Shown piece after piece: positions 1-13,939 of a DNA stretch of 64,000 bases (the first letter of the stretch is position 1; each line of letters starts with the position of its first letter). Under the pieces are notes generated by a model, which saw only the letters and a program-made list of their open reading frames with translations, did no database searches and was not told the origin of the DNA. The position numbers were made by a program, and so were the translations under genes. This stretch comes from Eledone cirrhosa (lineage: Eukaryota): positions 293,446,001 to 293,510,000 of the forward strand of contig OZ024740.1 of the NCBI GenBank assembly GCA_964016885.1, in the 5' to 3' direction.

Positions 1-490
1 TCCTTAATTGTAGAGCTAACTCAGTTGAAAGGACTCAGCTGCTATTTATAGCTGTCGATCACCCTATTCATGCCACTGAGATGACGCTAGCATGTTGTTA
101 GTAGTTTTAGAATTGCAACACGTGCGATGGGTCACTCACAGATTTGCATTTGATGTGTAAACACAGATAGTTAAATCTTCTCCCTTGAATGAAATATATA
201 CAAGGAAGATTAATTCTTTTTTAAAAGGTAATATTTGAAGCTCTAGTTAAACTTTAATTAGTTACCTACCTAGCTATGTGTGATTACACACTTTACAAAT
301 TATCCCCTGTGATTGTTTCATGTGTTTATTTTAAATATATATATATGTCAATCAATTTCTAGTTGATATAAAATGCTCGGATCTATTCATTGGAATCTTT
401 GAGATATGGCGCAACTTTGGATATACCGCATGTCTCAGACATGACTCCCTTAATTTAATTTAATTTAATTAATTCTGGATATATATATAT

Positions 491-1502
491 ATCATCATCA
501 TCATCATCATCATCAACGTTTAACGTCCGTGTTCCACGCTTGCATGGGTTTGGATGGGGGTTTTCCCACTTGAGGCAAGAGTGATTATCTTACTCGCATA
601 GGACTATCTGGCGGGTTTTCTACAGCTGGATGCCCTTCCTAACACCAACCACATTTACAGTGTGGGGCTGGGAGGTTTTTACCGTGTTACCTACACGGCC
701 ACATTACAGCGTGGACTGCGTGTTTTTTTGTCGTGACACCTACACGATCTCATTTGTTTCGGCCTGGATGTTGTGGCACCAACATAACTTTACATTGAAA
801 GGGGCGGTGTGGATGGGGTGGGGGTGGTGGGACGGGGGTGTATTTTGTTAGAGATGCCTACTGACTGTACTAGGTTTTACTTTGTATTTAGGTAAGGCGG
901 GTCTTCTCTATTACTGAGTACCGCCAAAGGTCTCGGTCCAGTGACATTGTCTTGGAGAGGTGTAAGTGTGTGAGGTCGGAATTTATCAGCTCGTCCCAGG
1001 TTTTTCTGGGTCTGCCTATTCCGTGGCTACCGTCTATCTTTATTGCCCTGCACTTTGTTATACAGCTATCGTCTTTCATGCGCATCACGTGACCATACCA
1101 ACGTAGCCTTCTCTCGAGTAAACAACATCTGATCCCTCTTATTTCTAATTTTTTCCTTAGTTCGTTTATGCTTTGCCGTTCACGTATATTACTATTACAC
1201 ATCCAGCGGAGCATGCAAGCTTCGTTCCTCTCTAGTCTGCGTATATCCTCTGCACACAATGCCCAGGTCTCACTGCCATGCAACATTGCTGTTCGTATGC
1301 AGGCATCATACAACATGCCTTTCATTTTTAGGGAGAACCCTTTAGCGGCTAATAGTGGTATAAGCTCTCTGAACTTTTTCCATCCAGTTCTGACTCTAGC
1401 TACTGTACTTTCAGAGCACCCTCCCCACTGCTGATTTTGTCACCCAGGTAACGGAAGCTGTCCACTATTTCTATAGAACCCTCTGCGCAGTTGAAAGAGC
1501 TA
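491..1502 (-). mobile_element. 5'-truncated RTE LINE (subfamily A)
   Basis: ORF 888-1325 is the RTE C-terminus (RRLRWYGHVMRM, GRPRKTW); 3' UTR and (ATC)n tail at 491-514. Confidence 0.95.
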
Positions 1503-1617
1503 ATATATATATATATATATATATATATCCAGAATTAATTAAATTAAATTAAATATATATATATATATATATATATACATACAACAAATGAAATTTAATT
1601 TAATTCTTCTTCTTGTG

Positions 1618-1930
1618 TACACACCACATATATATAAGAACACCCAGCCCACACTGTAAAATTGTTGTGTAGGTGTCACAACTAGAAACACCCAGTCACA
1701 CTGTAAAGTGGTCGTGTAGGAGTCACGACTAAAAGCACCCATCACATACTGCAAATGTGGTTGGTGTTAGGAAGGGCATCCAGCCGTAGAAATCTAGCCA
1801 GAAACAGTCCTATATGAGCAAGACATGGTCATCTGACCCAACTTGCCTCTAATGGGACAACCTGTATAATCCATGATACCATGGAAAATGAACGTTAAAT
1901 GATGATGGTGATGATGATGATGATGATGAT
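1618..1930 (+). mobile_element. RTE 3' UTR-only fragment, tail-to-tail with the following SINE
   Basis: Tandem cacccag..cacactgtaaa units, ggttggtgttaggaagggcatccagc motif and (GAT)n tail. Confidence 0.8.
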
Positions 1931-2382
1931 ATCATCATCATCATCATCATCACCGTTTTACATCCGTTCTTCCACGCTAGCATGGGTTAGACGGGTTGTC
2001 CTGTTGTGGGCAGTGTCCAGTCGGCTGACCTTGTCTTGCTCATACAGGAACTGATTCTGGCTTGATTTCTACAGCTGGATGCCCTTCCTAACACCAACCT
2101 CATTTACAGTGAGTGCTGGGTGCTTTCTTTCCGTGGCGCCTACACGTCCACTTTACAGTGAGTGCTGGGTGCTTTTTTGCCATGGCACCTCCATGACCAC
2201 TTTGCAGTGGAATGATAGGGACCCCAGTCCCTATCATCTCATTTCTACAGCTGAGTAAACTGGAGCAATGTGAAATAAAGTGTCTTGCTCAAGGAAACAA
2301 CACATCACCCGGTCCGAGGATTGAACTCACAACCTTTCAATTGCAAGGCCAATGCTCTAACCACTAAGCCATGCGCCTTCAC
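1931..2382 (-). mobile_element. tRNA-derived SINE family 1 with an RTE-B-derived 3' half
   Basis: Minus strand shows A box TGGCTTAGTGG, B box GTTCAATCC and core ccttgagcaagacactttat, then about 290 bp matching the 3' UTR of the LINE at 38765-39034. Confidence 0.9.
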
Positions 2383-2893
2383 GCATATATACATTAAGGT
2401 GTTTGCTCCGACATAGCTCTATACATATAGGTATGTGTATTTGTATATCTAGTGATATACAGTATGTTTATGAATAAACATTTGAAAGACTTTTAGCTAT
2501 GAATTTTGGAAGCTGATGAGTAGAGCCATCAGGTGCATTCCAGGGGCAGGTAATCTGTCGACAGTCAACTGTTTCTGACTGCAGTCATTATCAAGACAAC
2601 GCTCCCTCTCTCTGCTCTCTGCTGGAATCCAATATAGGCAAAAACATAGTTTTGATGCCTATATATATATGGGTTCATAAGCCTCATTTTCATATAGAGC
2701 TGTCAACCAGCTTGGTCTGAAAATAGAATTAAGGTGTTCGCTCTGACATAGCTGCATACATATGACTCCAGTCCTCAACTTCCAAAATTCATAGCTAAAG
2801 GCTTTCAAATGTTTATTCGTAAACATACTGTATATCTCTAGTTATACAAATACACATACCTATATGTTGTTAAGGTTTTAAGTTTTATAGTTT

Positions 2894-3453
2894 ATAGATG
2901 AGGTACCCGGCTTTGCTGGGAGAATAGTTAGGAGAAGAGGGATAAAAGAGAAAATGACTGTATTGGATGTCTGGTGTGAGGTGAGACCATAATGTGTGTG
3001 TGTGTGTGAGAGAGAGAGGGAGGGAGAGAGAGAGAGAGAGAGAGAGAGTGAAAAAATCTTTTGTGTATAGGCATCATACCTTGTTATTTACCTATGGCTT
3101 AAATTTCATATAAATTGAAGGGAAAAAATTTTCAACGGGTGTTTATGCCTCTGGGGAACCCTAATAGGGGGTTTAACCCCCATTAGGGTGTCTTAATATT
3201 ATTGAAATTTGCTGAAATTTTGTGAATCGGAATCATATCTTGTCATTTACCTATGGTTTAAATTTCATATAAATCGAAGGGAATAAACTTTCAGTGGGGG
3301 TTTTGTGCCCTTTAATTAAAATTAAATATACTTATCCAAGTACCCTAGTTTCAGAATATATAAGGTTATGGGGGTCTATCTCCAAAACGATAGGAGAAGT
3401 TCGTGAACAAACAAACAAATAAACAGACAGGAATACAACTTTATATATATAGA
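2894..3453 (-). mobile_element. Non-autonomous Helitron-like element
   Basis: Minus strand begins TCTATATATATAAAG, contains microsatellites, and ends in the hairpin cccagcaaagccggg followed by a degenerate CTAG (CTAT). Confidence 0.65.
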
Positions 3454-3971
3454 TTCTGAAATATGATCAATTATAAGCACAGCCCTGTAATTCCTAACGG
3501 AGTTGGGGGTGCCATATTGATATACACCATTTCTTGGGCATTTTATACCTGGTGGAGCCCATCCCTCTCCAAGTCTGAAGAGAGCAGATTTCTTCCAGAG
3601 AAGGATAGAAAGTAGAAGGGAATAAGTGAGTAAGAGATATAAGAGGAAGAATCAACCCTACTTTTTTTTATCGACCTCGAAAGGATGAAAGGCAGGATTT
3701 GAACTCAGAAAGTAAGGAGCTAAAGCAAATACTACAAAGCATTCTATCCGACATTCAAATGACTCTGCCAATTATATATTCTGATTAGTTATATATTCCT
3801 GTATAATTATGTATAGTTTATTTAGAGTTCCTTGTCATTAAGAAACAATTTCTTTCTGTTTTGATTAAGCCACCATCAAGCTAATTCTGCAACCTGGTTT
3901 CAATTTCCATTTGCAGCCTATCCCATTTCACCCTGCTTATTCTACTAATGCTAGTGGTATTACCTGTTTTG

Positions 3972-4500
3972 TTAAATTATTAAGCCTCTGTAGCACTGCC
4001 CTGCCAAGGATGTTTGGAAATCGTCCATAAACCCTGACCTGAATGTCCTCCAGAAAAGCCTGTTCAGAATGACTTCGGTGACACCCAAAGTTGATCCCAG
4101 GCCATCGTTGCTCATACCTTCCACTATCTCTTTATATAAGGCAAGTGTGATTTTCTGGCCACCTAGTGTGTTCTTTCGTTGGTAAAATGCCATGAGCACC
4201 CAGAAACACTCTAGATGCTAGTCCCCTGACTTTAATCTACACTTGACCCACAACTGTAACTTGGTCAAGGAGACAATCTACAAGAAACTTGTCCTACTAG
4301 TTGTGCTTCACTTTCATTAACTGGCCATTGTAGGTATGATAGCTGCAGTGAATGCCTGTGTATCAATAGGGATGGCATGCCAAGACCACTTTGGAGTGGA
4401 TGTTGGTAGCACAGGAATTTTCTGACCAATGGGACTTGCCCCTTCCACAAAAAGTGGAAGAGCATGCATTCTAATCTGATTAGGTGCCTTGGGGACAAAT
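3972..4500 (-). mobile_element. Decayed L1/Tx1-like LINE ORF2 fragment
   Basis: FLWKGQVPLVRKFLCYQHPLQSGLGMPSL resembles the FLW...GGLG motif downstream of RT in L1/Tx1 elements; frameshifted. Confidence 0.6.
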
Positions 4501-5107
4501 TATGATAATGATGATGAATTTTAAGCATTAACACAAAGCCTTAAATATTAGGAAGAGTAAACAATTAATTATATCAACTCCAGCATTTAACTGAAATTTG
4601 TTTCATAGAAAATTAAAATGATGCCCAGCATCTACATTGTAATATGATTGTTATATTGTAATATGTTTGTTACATTGTAATATGATTGTTCTTTGGGTTG
4701 ACATGTGTGTGACAGGTCTGCATAACAACACATCTCCTTTATCATAATTTATATATATATGGCCTACATGAAAACATACAATATGTTTACTGTATAATAG
4801 ACATACATAAGTCTTCCTATGAACATTTAAGCTGTGATCAGCTACCTCAGTATACATGTGAGAATGCCAAATAATAATATTTCAGGATTTTTATCCAACT
4901 CCAGTGACATTTACCTTCTTGTTATTGAAATAAGATAAGTTATCAGCTAATATATAAACATAGATTTTTGCAAATAAATTATTTATGGAGTTGCTCTTTT
5001 GTATAAAGTGCATGTTTGATGGGCTGGTATTAATTAGCAGTAGTACTAAAACAGCACAATTCATAATAGAGGTATTTATGAAAGCATATACAATCAATAT
5101 GTATAAT

Positions 5108-5482
5108 TAACAGCTGAAACACCACCCTTCCCTAGCCATTGAGCCTGTCACCCTCTCCCCTAACCCCTCTCTTTCTAACATAGCCTAATAGTCTTTGCGT
5201 TTCCTCTACTTTTCCTCTCATTTATGGCATTTATAGTCCTTTCTTCTACTTTCCTATACAGCCAGATCTGCCCTTCTTTACCATTTCCCCTTTTTTCATA
5301 ACTTAATTTTGTTTTTATCTTATTTTTTCATATTTCCATCATCGTATAACTTCTGTTTGTAAAATATAGTTGGCATAATATGTTTATGTATAACAGATAA
5401 CAAAATATTTCCATTATTGTATAACTTCTTTTTGTAAAATATAGTTGATATAATATATTTATGTATAACAGATAACAAAATA
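5108..5482 (-). repeat. Dispersed repeat with internal ~71-bp tandem units; inverted homolog of 16950-17620
   Basis: Reverse complement matches gaagttatacaatgatggaaatattttgttatctgttata units and the gggcagatctggctgtataggaaagt block at 17450. Confidence 0.75.
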
Positions 5483-6210
5483 AAATTTTCGTTTTGTTAA
5501 AAAAAACAAAATTAACATACATAGCTGGCCATACCCCAGCATGACCTCTGCCTGGCGGCTGGAACACATACAACAATATAATAGTAAGTCTCATATTGGT
5601 ATCTATCTCATCTGTAAGGCTCAATGATTGGTTTTATTTGAATATATAATATATATAGCCAATTGTTTTGTGTTGTACTTTTAGTAATGAAGTCTTTGTG
5701 TGAGGGTAGAGGGGGTACTTGTGTGGGGAGTGGGGTGGGGTGGGGGGAGTGGAAAGGGTACTTGCATGTGATGTGTATGAGGGGGTGAGGTGGAGGGAGT
5801 ACTTGGGTGTGGATGTGTGTGTACATGTGTGTGTGTGGTGGTGGTGGGGGGGAGTACTTGTGTGTGGATGCATGTGTGCATGTGTGTAAGTGGTGGAGAA
5901 CAGAAATACAAAGAAAATCAATTGGAATCAAGAAGCAATTTATCAAACTTTAAGCAAAATCCTACTGACAGCCCATTACTTCATGCTGTAACTTGTGATA
6001 TTTGTTTCACATCTCTATGACTACAAGAATTTATTTTCCTTTCCTTAACTTTCAGATTCCCTTTTTTTAAACGAATTATGGCTATTTCTCCTCTATAAGT
6101 ATACATTCCTTCTTAATCAATTATATTAAGCCCAGTACTTAACAGTTACTTATTTTATTGAGACAAACATGATGAAAAGTGAAGTTACTCTTGTGAAATT
6201 TAAATTCAAC

Positions 6211-6427
6211 TTAACCTTTTAGCAATTTACATTACTCTATATATACTATTGTATTTTTGCAGTAAAAGCTTTATCTTACATAATATTGAATCTATGAGAT
6301 TTTGATGGTATTTATTTTGAGAAAAATACCTTAACATCAGTATGAGTGGCAAGTTATGACCAGTTTGAATGGAAAGAAGTGAGATAATTTTGGCTGGATA
6401 CGACTGGTTTAAATACTAAAGGGTTAA
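6211..6427. mobile_element. piggyBac-like MITE family 1 (further copies 11519-11745, 31059-31284, 43065-43286)
   Basis: TTAA-CCCTTTAG...CTAAAGGG-TTAA terminal inverted repeats (slightly decayed), about 220 bp, with shared internal sequence in four copies. Confidence 0.8.
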
Positions 6428-6959
6428 GGGGATATGACTACATACTATAAAACATTTTGTCAGATGCTCTGTCAATTCTGCCTATCCATCAAGCTCCTTA
6501 ACTATTACTAAATTATGCCATCATTATTTATCAATATTCAAAACCTGTACAGCTAAGGATTTGTCAATGTCTTTGTTAAATCAAATTCAACAAGAGAAAT
6601 GCCTATAAACTGGTATGTAGCTTTTCAACAATAGACTGTACTGTTACAGTAATCAATTATCTAACGACTACTTCATTGTGTGATTGTCAAGAGAGAGTTA
6701 AGTCAACAATTAAATGGAATGAGAGTTCAATTATATCCCTATTACAATTGTATAATAACTGCTTCATTATTGATTTCACCTCTAATTTATTTTACTTTCA
6801 ATTTCCAAAGACCCTTGTTGCGTGACCGATTATCGCACTTAGTGTTGAATTGATAGTTGTTTCTTTTGTTTTGTTTTTTCTTTCTCTTGCTGTAATCATA
6901 TATCTTTGTGCATTATATTTGTAAGGTTCTTAGTAATAATTAATTGTATTTATTATATG

Positions 6960-7919
6960 TATGAGGACAATCCCAAAATTAAGGTCTCCTTCCGATATTG
7001 CAACTTCCGATATTGCAACTTCCGATATTGCAACTTTTCCGTTAAAATCCTGTGGATGGTGCTTCGGGAAACCTCAGGAACCAAAATGCAGAGAGCATCC
7101 AGAGTGATCTGCCGATCTTTGCGCACGTTTTTCTTGGAAGGAGACCTTACTTTTGGGATTGCCCTCGTATCATAAATGAATTGAGAGAGAGACTGAGGAT
7201 AAGAGGAATCAAATACTGTGTGCAGGAGAGGCGGTTGCGTTGGTATGGACATGTGATGCGTATGAAGGATGACAGCTGCATAAAAAGGTGCAGAGCACTA
7301 GAAGTCGATGGAAACCGCAGAGTGGGGAGACCCAAGATGACACACGACCGTGACCTCTGGCGTCACACAGTAATACAGAGTACCCGACCTCCCATGGGTA
7401 CAAGCTGAAGCATATAGACAATATGCCCCCACACCCTGCCACTGCAAGGTGGTCGTGGAGGTGCCACGGCAAAAAAGCACCCAGCCCACACTGTAAAGTG
7501 GACGTGTAGGCGCCATGAAAAAGCACCCAGCACTCACTGTAAATGAGGTTGGTGTTAAGAAGGGCATCCAGCTGTAGAAAGCAAGCCAAATCAGTTCCTG
7601 TACGAGCAAGGCATGGTCAGCCGACCAGACACTGCCCACAACAGGACAACCCGTCTAACCCATGTTAGCGTGGAAGAACGGACGTAAAACGGTGATGATG
7701 ATGATGATATATTAACTGCGCGAAATTTGCACTTGGCGTTCAACGGGAGCTCCATTCTCAACGGCTGCCAAGCCAAAATTGTGCATCCCAGCGAAGTGCA
7801 CACATGCTTGTTTGGGAGTGAAGGAAGCAACAATCACAACAGTGTTGCCAACAGCCGTACAAACAGTTTCTCTACGTCCCCATCGTTTTGGAGACCTTAC
7901 TTTTGGGATTACCCTCATA
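6960..7919 (-). mobile_element. Internally deleted mariner remnants flanking an RTE fragment
   Basis: TIR TA(C/T)GAGG..AATCCCAAAA.TAAGGTCTCC at 6960-6989, inverted at 7140-7169 and 7890-7919; minus-strand peptides MELPLNAKCKFRAV and VRKDRQITLDAL...SRSTIHRILTEKLQYRK resemble the mariner N-terminal HTH region. Confidence 0.75.
7171..7709 (+). mobile_element. 5'-truncated RTE-B copy with a 57-nt internal deletion
   Basis: Near identical to 38437-39034 but lacks WDEVIKADLTQLHLSKTMT; the deletion junction has atgac microhomology. Confidence 0.92.
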
Positions 7920-8691
7920 TTTATTATATGTGTTTATATTTTCCTTCTGAAATAATTATAAACAATTTATGTTATTTATACTACTGTGAATAAAAGATTA
8001 TTATATTTAATAAATGGAACATCGACAACAATAATAAAAAAAATGCTCAGATTGTAATCTAAATCCTACAGACACCCAATTCTTACATAATCTTCAGCCT
8101 CAGTACTGCTTTCATTCAATGAATTAATATGTTCCAATGCATTTCACTATCTATGTATCTTTGCTGTTTTTAATATCATTTTGTTACATAGAATACAACC
8201 AATAAGGAAGGTGTTATTTATAGACATTACATATTAACTGTAAATGAGTCGACAAAGAATCTGTTAGAAATAGCAGCCTCAAACCCCATCTGAGTGTTTT
8301 AAAACAGGACACATCATCAGCATTATCTTCTCCATCATCATCATCCTAATCATCATTATCATCATTTTAACATCCACTTTCCACTAGCAAGGGATGGACT
8401 CATTTGGTAATATGGCCCAGAATACACTATATCAAACATAACAATGGGATAGTCATGGCTGGAATGCTTTTTAGCATAGGTTTGCTCAAACAAGGTTGAA
8501 CTGGAGCTAAACAACAATTAATTGCAAAATATTTATTAAAACATTCCCAGTTTGTTGATCTATCAATAATAACAATACAGAATATTATTAATCAAAATGG
8601 AATTTGAAATATAAATTTATCAGTATTTCCTTCTACAACTGAAAGACTCCTAAAGATGAGTGTTACAAAAATGATAATATATTCATATATC

Positions 8692-9049
8692 CTAAAGTGG
8701 TTGTTTTTGGTGCCATGACAAGGAGTGGCTAGACAACACTGTAAAGTGATCATGTAGGTGTCATGACAAAAAGCAACCAGTCCATACTGTAAAGTGGTAT
8801 GTACATGTCACAACAAAAAGCAGTTAGTTCACACTGTAAAGTGGTTATGTAGGTACCACAACAAAAAGCACCCAGTCTACACTGTAAATGTGGTCGGCAT
8901 TAGGAAGGGCATCCAGCTATAGAAACTGAGCTAAAATCAGTTCTGTATGAGAAAGACATTATCATGTGAGCTGGCTTGTCTCACAACAGGACAGCTTCTC
9001 TAACCTATGCTAACATGAAAAATGGATGTTAAACGGTGATGATGATGAT
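8692..9049 (+). mobile_element. Older RTE 3' UTR fragment with expanded ~42-bp tandem units
   Basis: Four to five cacactgtaaagtgg units, taggaagggcatccagct motif and (GAT)n tail. Confidence 0.75.
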
Positions 9050-9746
9050 AATGTAACATATGTCTTCATGTAAAATAGACATTAAATGATGATGATTATC
9101 CTAAATTAAAAGTAATAAAAATTCATTAAAAAATATGCATCTCTAACACCAGGTATGCATGTCTTTCAACTAGGATTAGGAAACTGAAAATTCGACTAGC
9201 TTCAGTACACTTCAAAAATAGTATTATATCTTAGTCATAGTTACAGTAACTGCCTCAGATGGCATCTTCTTTTAGCTAAACATGGAAGTAATCATTTTTC
9301 TCCTGGTCAAATGTCCCAAACCACTAACTGATCATAGACCCATCCATCCACCAAATCCTATCCCACATATGTGGCCTCCGAGGAAGATATATTTGCAATG
9401 GTTTTCTTCTCACAAGCATTAATGGAGGTGCTGGTAACCTCTGGCGTGTTCACCTCGAACATTTGTTTTAGTTGAAGCTTGCCCATCTACCCATTGGTGA
9501 ATGTCGACTACAATACAGAGCATTTTGATATCCCCATCAGGAATGTGCAGTGAATGCTTCACCAGGTGTAACAGAGTTACACATTGGCACACCTGAACTA
9601 TGAAATATTTGCATATCATGCTGTGATTTCCTATATTTATTCTATTCAAAAACAAATGTTCAGTTGTTAAAAAAAAATGAAAGAAAAAATGTATTACACA
9701 TGAAAACTACTTAAGCCGAGATGAACAATACATTAGCAATGTTAAT

Positions 9747-9790
<44 letters not shown>

Positions 9791-10660
9791 TATCATCAAG
9801 AATCTGTTTTCCCTGCAAGCAAGGATTGAACATGTTGTCAGAGACCAGTCCATACTCAAGTGGAGTCTCTAACTTCCAGGCAAACTGGGGGCCCAACATA
9901 CAATCCCGTACTCTACCAAATGCATTTTATCATAACATGAACACTAGGGAAGTTGATGTGTTTGGTATAGATAGAGCCATGACAACTTCCCTAGAGTTGA
10001 TGGCATGATATATATATATATATATCATCGTTTAAAACATATATATATATATATCATCATCGTTTAAAACATATATATATATATATATATAATTTATATA
10101 TAAATCAATATATATATATCATCATCATCATCATTTAATATCCACTTCCCCTGCTAGCAAAAGATGGGCAGCTCTTTACAGATGAAGTCAGTACTAAAGT
10201 AGGGGTATTGACCTCTCAGACAGGTTGAAAGTTTGCATCTTGCTTACATACAGTCCCAACTTCTACCAAGTGCATTTTGACATGGTACTAGCACAAGAGA
10301 AATATTGTCATGTCTTTGACATAGCTGATGAGTCCTCTCAACCCTTGTTTAGCAATCTTTTATGGCAGGATGCCCTTCTTATTACCAACTACTTTACAGT
10401 ATGTACTAGGTGTATTTATTGTGTAGATCACCAACAATAGAGAGGCTGTCATGCTGTGACACATCTAAAGTATCTACTCAATCCTTTTAAGCATGGTTTC
10501 TACGGTGAGGTGCCCTTCCTATCACCAACCACCTTACAGAGTGTACTGGGTGCATGTTCATGGCACCAACACTGATAGGCAGTTAGTTATTTTCCCAACT
10601 GAAGAGCTTTGTTAGCTCTGTTGGGGTTGGGGGTTAGAGGAGAAGGAAAATAACAATGAC

Positions 10661-10693
<33 letters not shown>

Positions 10694-11977
10694 AGGAAAA
10701 AGAAAAGGGCTGATTGCCAGATCTGACAAAGGAAACAATGTTTCCATGATCTTTCCATTGTTTATATTATGTACTGGTCACAACTCATGGCAAAAGGAGT
10801 TGGAATTTGAAGAAAATATGAAAAAATAAAGGAGTCTTGTGAGAGGCAAAAGTGACAGCATATATTGCTGCTAGCTGAGGGAGGTTGTAGATTTATGACT
10901 AAATACACCATGTTTTTATTTGCTTGACATTGGACTTGGAAAGGAGAGAATACTTCTTGCCGTATGACATATACACAATGGTTAGAGAAACAGATCGAGA
11001 CGGGTGAGCCAGACTAAGACATCATTTGCGGCTTTATGGATTGCCTCCTGACTGCTGGGAAAACATCAGAGGGTGCAATCCAGAGCAAGCAGTACTGCCT
11101 AGTCAGGGTTTGTACAGTAAAATGCTGGGCTGTCTTTCATTTCCCATCAAGAAGGCGAGTAGAGAAGGTGTACAAGAGGTGAAGAGGGAGGAGGATAAAG
11201 CAATATGGTAGAGGCATTTAAGTGAAAGATCAACACTGAGAGCTAAAAGCAGACCACTCAGCTCAGATTAAACATCATAATACCTGAATAATGAGATATG
11301 GGATGGTGGCATTACAACAGCATCATGATTCTGGTGATAGAAGCAAGGATAACAAGGAAAAACATATTATGGAGGGGACCTTAAAAACTAAACATTCCTT
11401 TGTAGCATCAATGCTACTTGGCACCACTGGAGGCTGTGATGCTGAAATTGTTGAGATCTCCAGTTGACAGCTGAATATAGGATTGTCTTGTAGTGCAAGC
11501 TGTATGTAGAACATTACATTAACACTTTAGCATTTTAATTGGCCATATTCGGCCAGATTTCTCTCACCTCTTTCTGTTTAAACCAGTCATAACCAGCCTC
11601 TTATACTGATATTAAGGTATTGTTCACAAAATAAGTAATATCAAAATCTCATGGATTCAATATTATGTGAGATAGTTAGGTAAGGTAAAGCCTTTATCAT
11701 GAAAATACAAGTAAGTATAGAGTAATGTAAATGCTAAAGGGTTAAAGTAAAGGTACTATCGGGTATCAAATAATCGTCACCCTCCCACTCAATGCTTATT
11801 AGTTTTTCAGATTTTCCCACCACCTCCTGGTCTTATTCCACCCAACACACCACCACCCTTCACCCTGCTTATTACATTTTGCTGCTCTATCTACGGTGAA
11901 ATTTTATTTTAAGTTGTAGCATTCTATAGATGTTAAAAAACATTATACATGACAAAAAAAGAACATTACAAGAAATC

Positions 11978-12643
11978 TCTTCTTCTTCTTCTTCTTCTTC
12001 TTCTTCTTCTTCTTCTTTGCCCACTTATTCCTGAGAGGGTTGTGGGAGCAGAGTCCATAAACACTCCTTCCAGTGGGTCCTGTCAGAAGCAACCATCTCC
12101 AACTGGTCCAGCTGGATCCCCAAGTGGGAGCAGCCAAGCTCATGGACGTTATCCAGTTGGATTTGCCCATAAAATATGTCCAGCGATTCTTTCCTGAGAC
12201 ATTCTAACCACATACCCATAGTATCAGACCTGTGATCTCTCTATTCAGAGAAGTAGTGGCTCTACTTGGAGTGACTCTCTGATCTCCGAGCTACACACTC
12301 TATTGAGTAATGTTACTCCAAAGAACCTTTGAAGGAACCCTATTTTGGCTGTTTGTATTCACAATATTATTCTTTCAGTCATTACCCAAGATACATGACA
12401 ATAGGTAAAGGTTGGCACAAAAAACGAATTGAAGATAGCGAGTTTGGCTTTTACACCCACCCCTCTTCTTCTGAGTACCAGATGCTGAAGCTGCAATTCT
12501 TGCACTTAATTCAACCTCTTGCCTTCCATCACTTGTGAACACGCTCCTGAGATACTTGTAACATCTCCATCTACTTCAGTGAAACTCCATTCACATGTAG
12601 AGTGCACTGCATAAGCTTCCTTGAGAGGGAGAGTGTCTCAGTT
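11978..12643 (-). mobile_element. RTE (Rex3/Expander-like) 3' fragment with (GAA)n tail; related pieces at 30470-30740, 44220-44480, 52685-52820, 61620-62030
   Basis: Decayed RTE C-terminal coding sequence, ...LLPQP end and (CTT)n tail; 61788-62030 encodes KISVAKTE...FKYLG of RT. Confidence 0.75.
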
Positions 12644-13225
12644 TCACAGCACTAATTCGATTCCTGGGCTGGGTTGTGTGCTGTGATCTTGAGCATAACA
12701 CTTCATTTCACATTGCTCCAGTATACTCAGCTGAAAATGAGTATCAGCAGTAGCTGGGAGTTTAACCCTGTGATGGACTGGCATCCTGTCTTGTACTCTC
12801 AGCCGCTTCTCGGTATGAAACTGGGATAACACCAGCCAAATGAGCCTTCTGGCTTGACACAGACAGATTTCAGACTTGGTTCAACCAGAAGTTATGGTAA
12901 AAGTCACTTGCCCAAGGTAGCACATGTGTACAATCCTGGAACTAAGTTTGTAAAGTGAACGTTTTAACCATTCAGCCATACTGTACTTATAGTATATATA
13001 TTATACACACACAATTATAGTATATACATTATATACACACAATTATATAATGTCTCACAGGAGACACAAACACTAAAATGTGAAGTAAAATGAAAGTAAA
13101 ATTTATATATATATATATGTATGTACAAGAAATGTCAGCATGAATGGACCTGTTATTTATATCTAAAGACATTTTTTCCAATTCCAACCCACCCGTCCCC
13201 TCAATCTATCTTATTTCTCATGCTT

Positions 13226-13261
13226 TCTTCTGATGAGGGACCAGCGTCCAAAACGTTAAGA
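13226..13261 (+). ncRNA. Minimal type I hammerhead ribozyme motif (GAAA mutated to AAAA) in a Penelope pLTR-like repeat
   Basis: TCTT-CTGATGA-G-GGAC cagc GTCC-AAAA-CG-TT-AAGA; stems I and II pair. A more decayed sister copy lies at 15261-15296. Confidence 0.65.
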
Positions 13262-13395
13262 CCCTCTTCCTGCTATATCAAGCGTTAACCTAATATATAC
13301 CTTCCATAGACTGTACCGATTGTATTGTTATTTCTGTTTACCTTTTACATACATATATATATATATATATTTGTGTGTGTGTGTCTAGGTGTATT

Positions 13396-13449
<54 letters not shown>

Positions 13450-13894
13450 GAGAGAGAGATTCATATATATACATATATATACATAATTACATACATGTAT
13501 ATGTGTATATATATATATGCAAGTATATATATTATAAATATACATGTTTGTCTATAAGTGATTATGTGTAATTGTGTGGGAGGAAAATGTGTGAGAGAGT
13601 GGGAGACAAGAGCAATTGGGAGACAGCCAATCAGGATACTTACCTGCTGGAAGTAAATAAAGGTATCACGTGACATGAAAAACAAATGAACTGAGAAAAC
13701 CACTAATTCAAAAATGTCTTTTCTGGGGAAGGTTTACTTACAGAGAATTTTAACAGGTTTCCTCTACAACTGAAATTAGAGGTAAGTACATGTTTTATGT
13801 TCTCACATATATACACAGATACACACAAACAAATATGCACACATGTACATGCACACACATGCATGTCTGTAAAATTATTCATGAATATATGCGT

Positions 13895-13939
<45 letters not shown>

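Noticed and set aside
2310-2382. tRNA genes at the A/B-box motifs
   Set aside because: No convincing acceptor stem or terminator; each continues into a shared SINE body.
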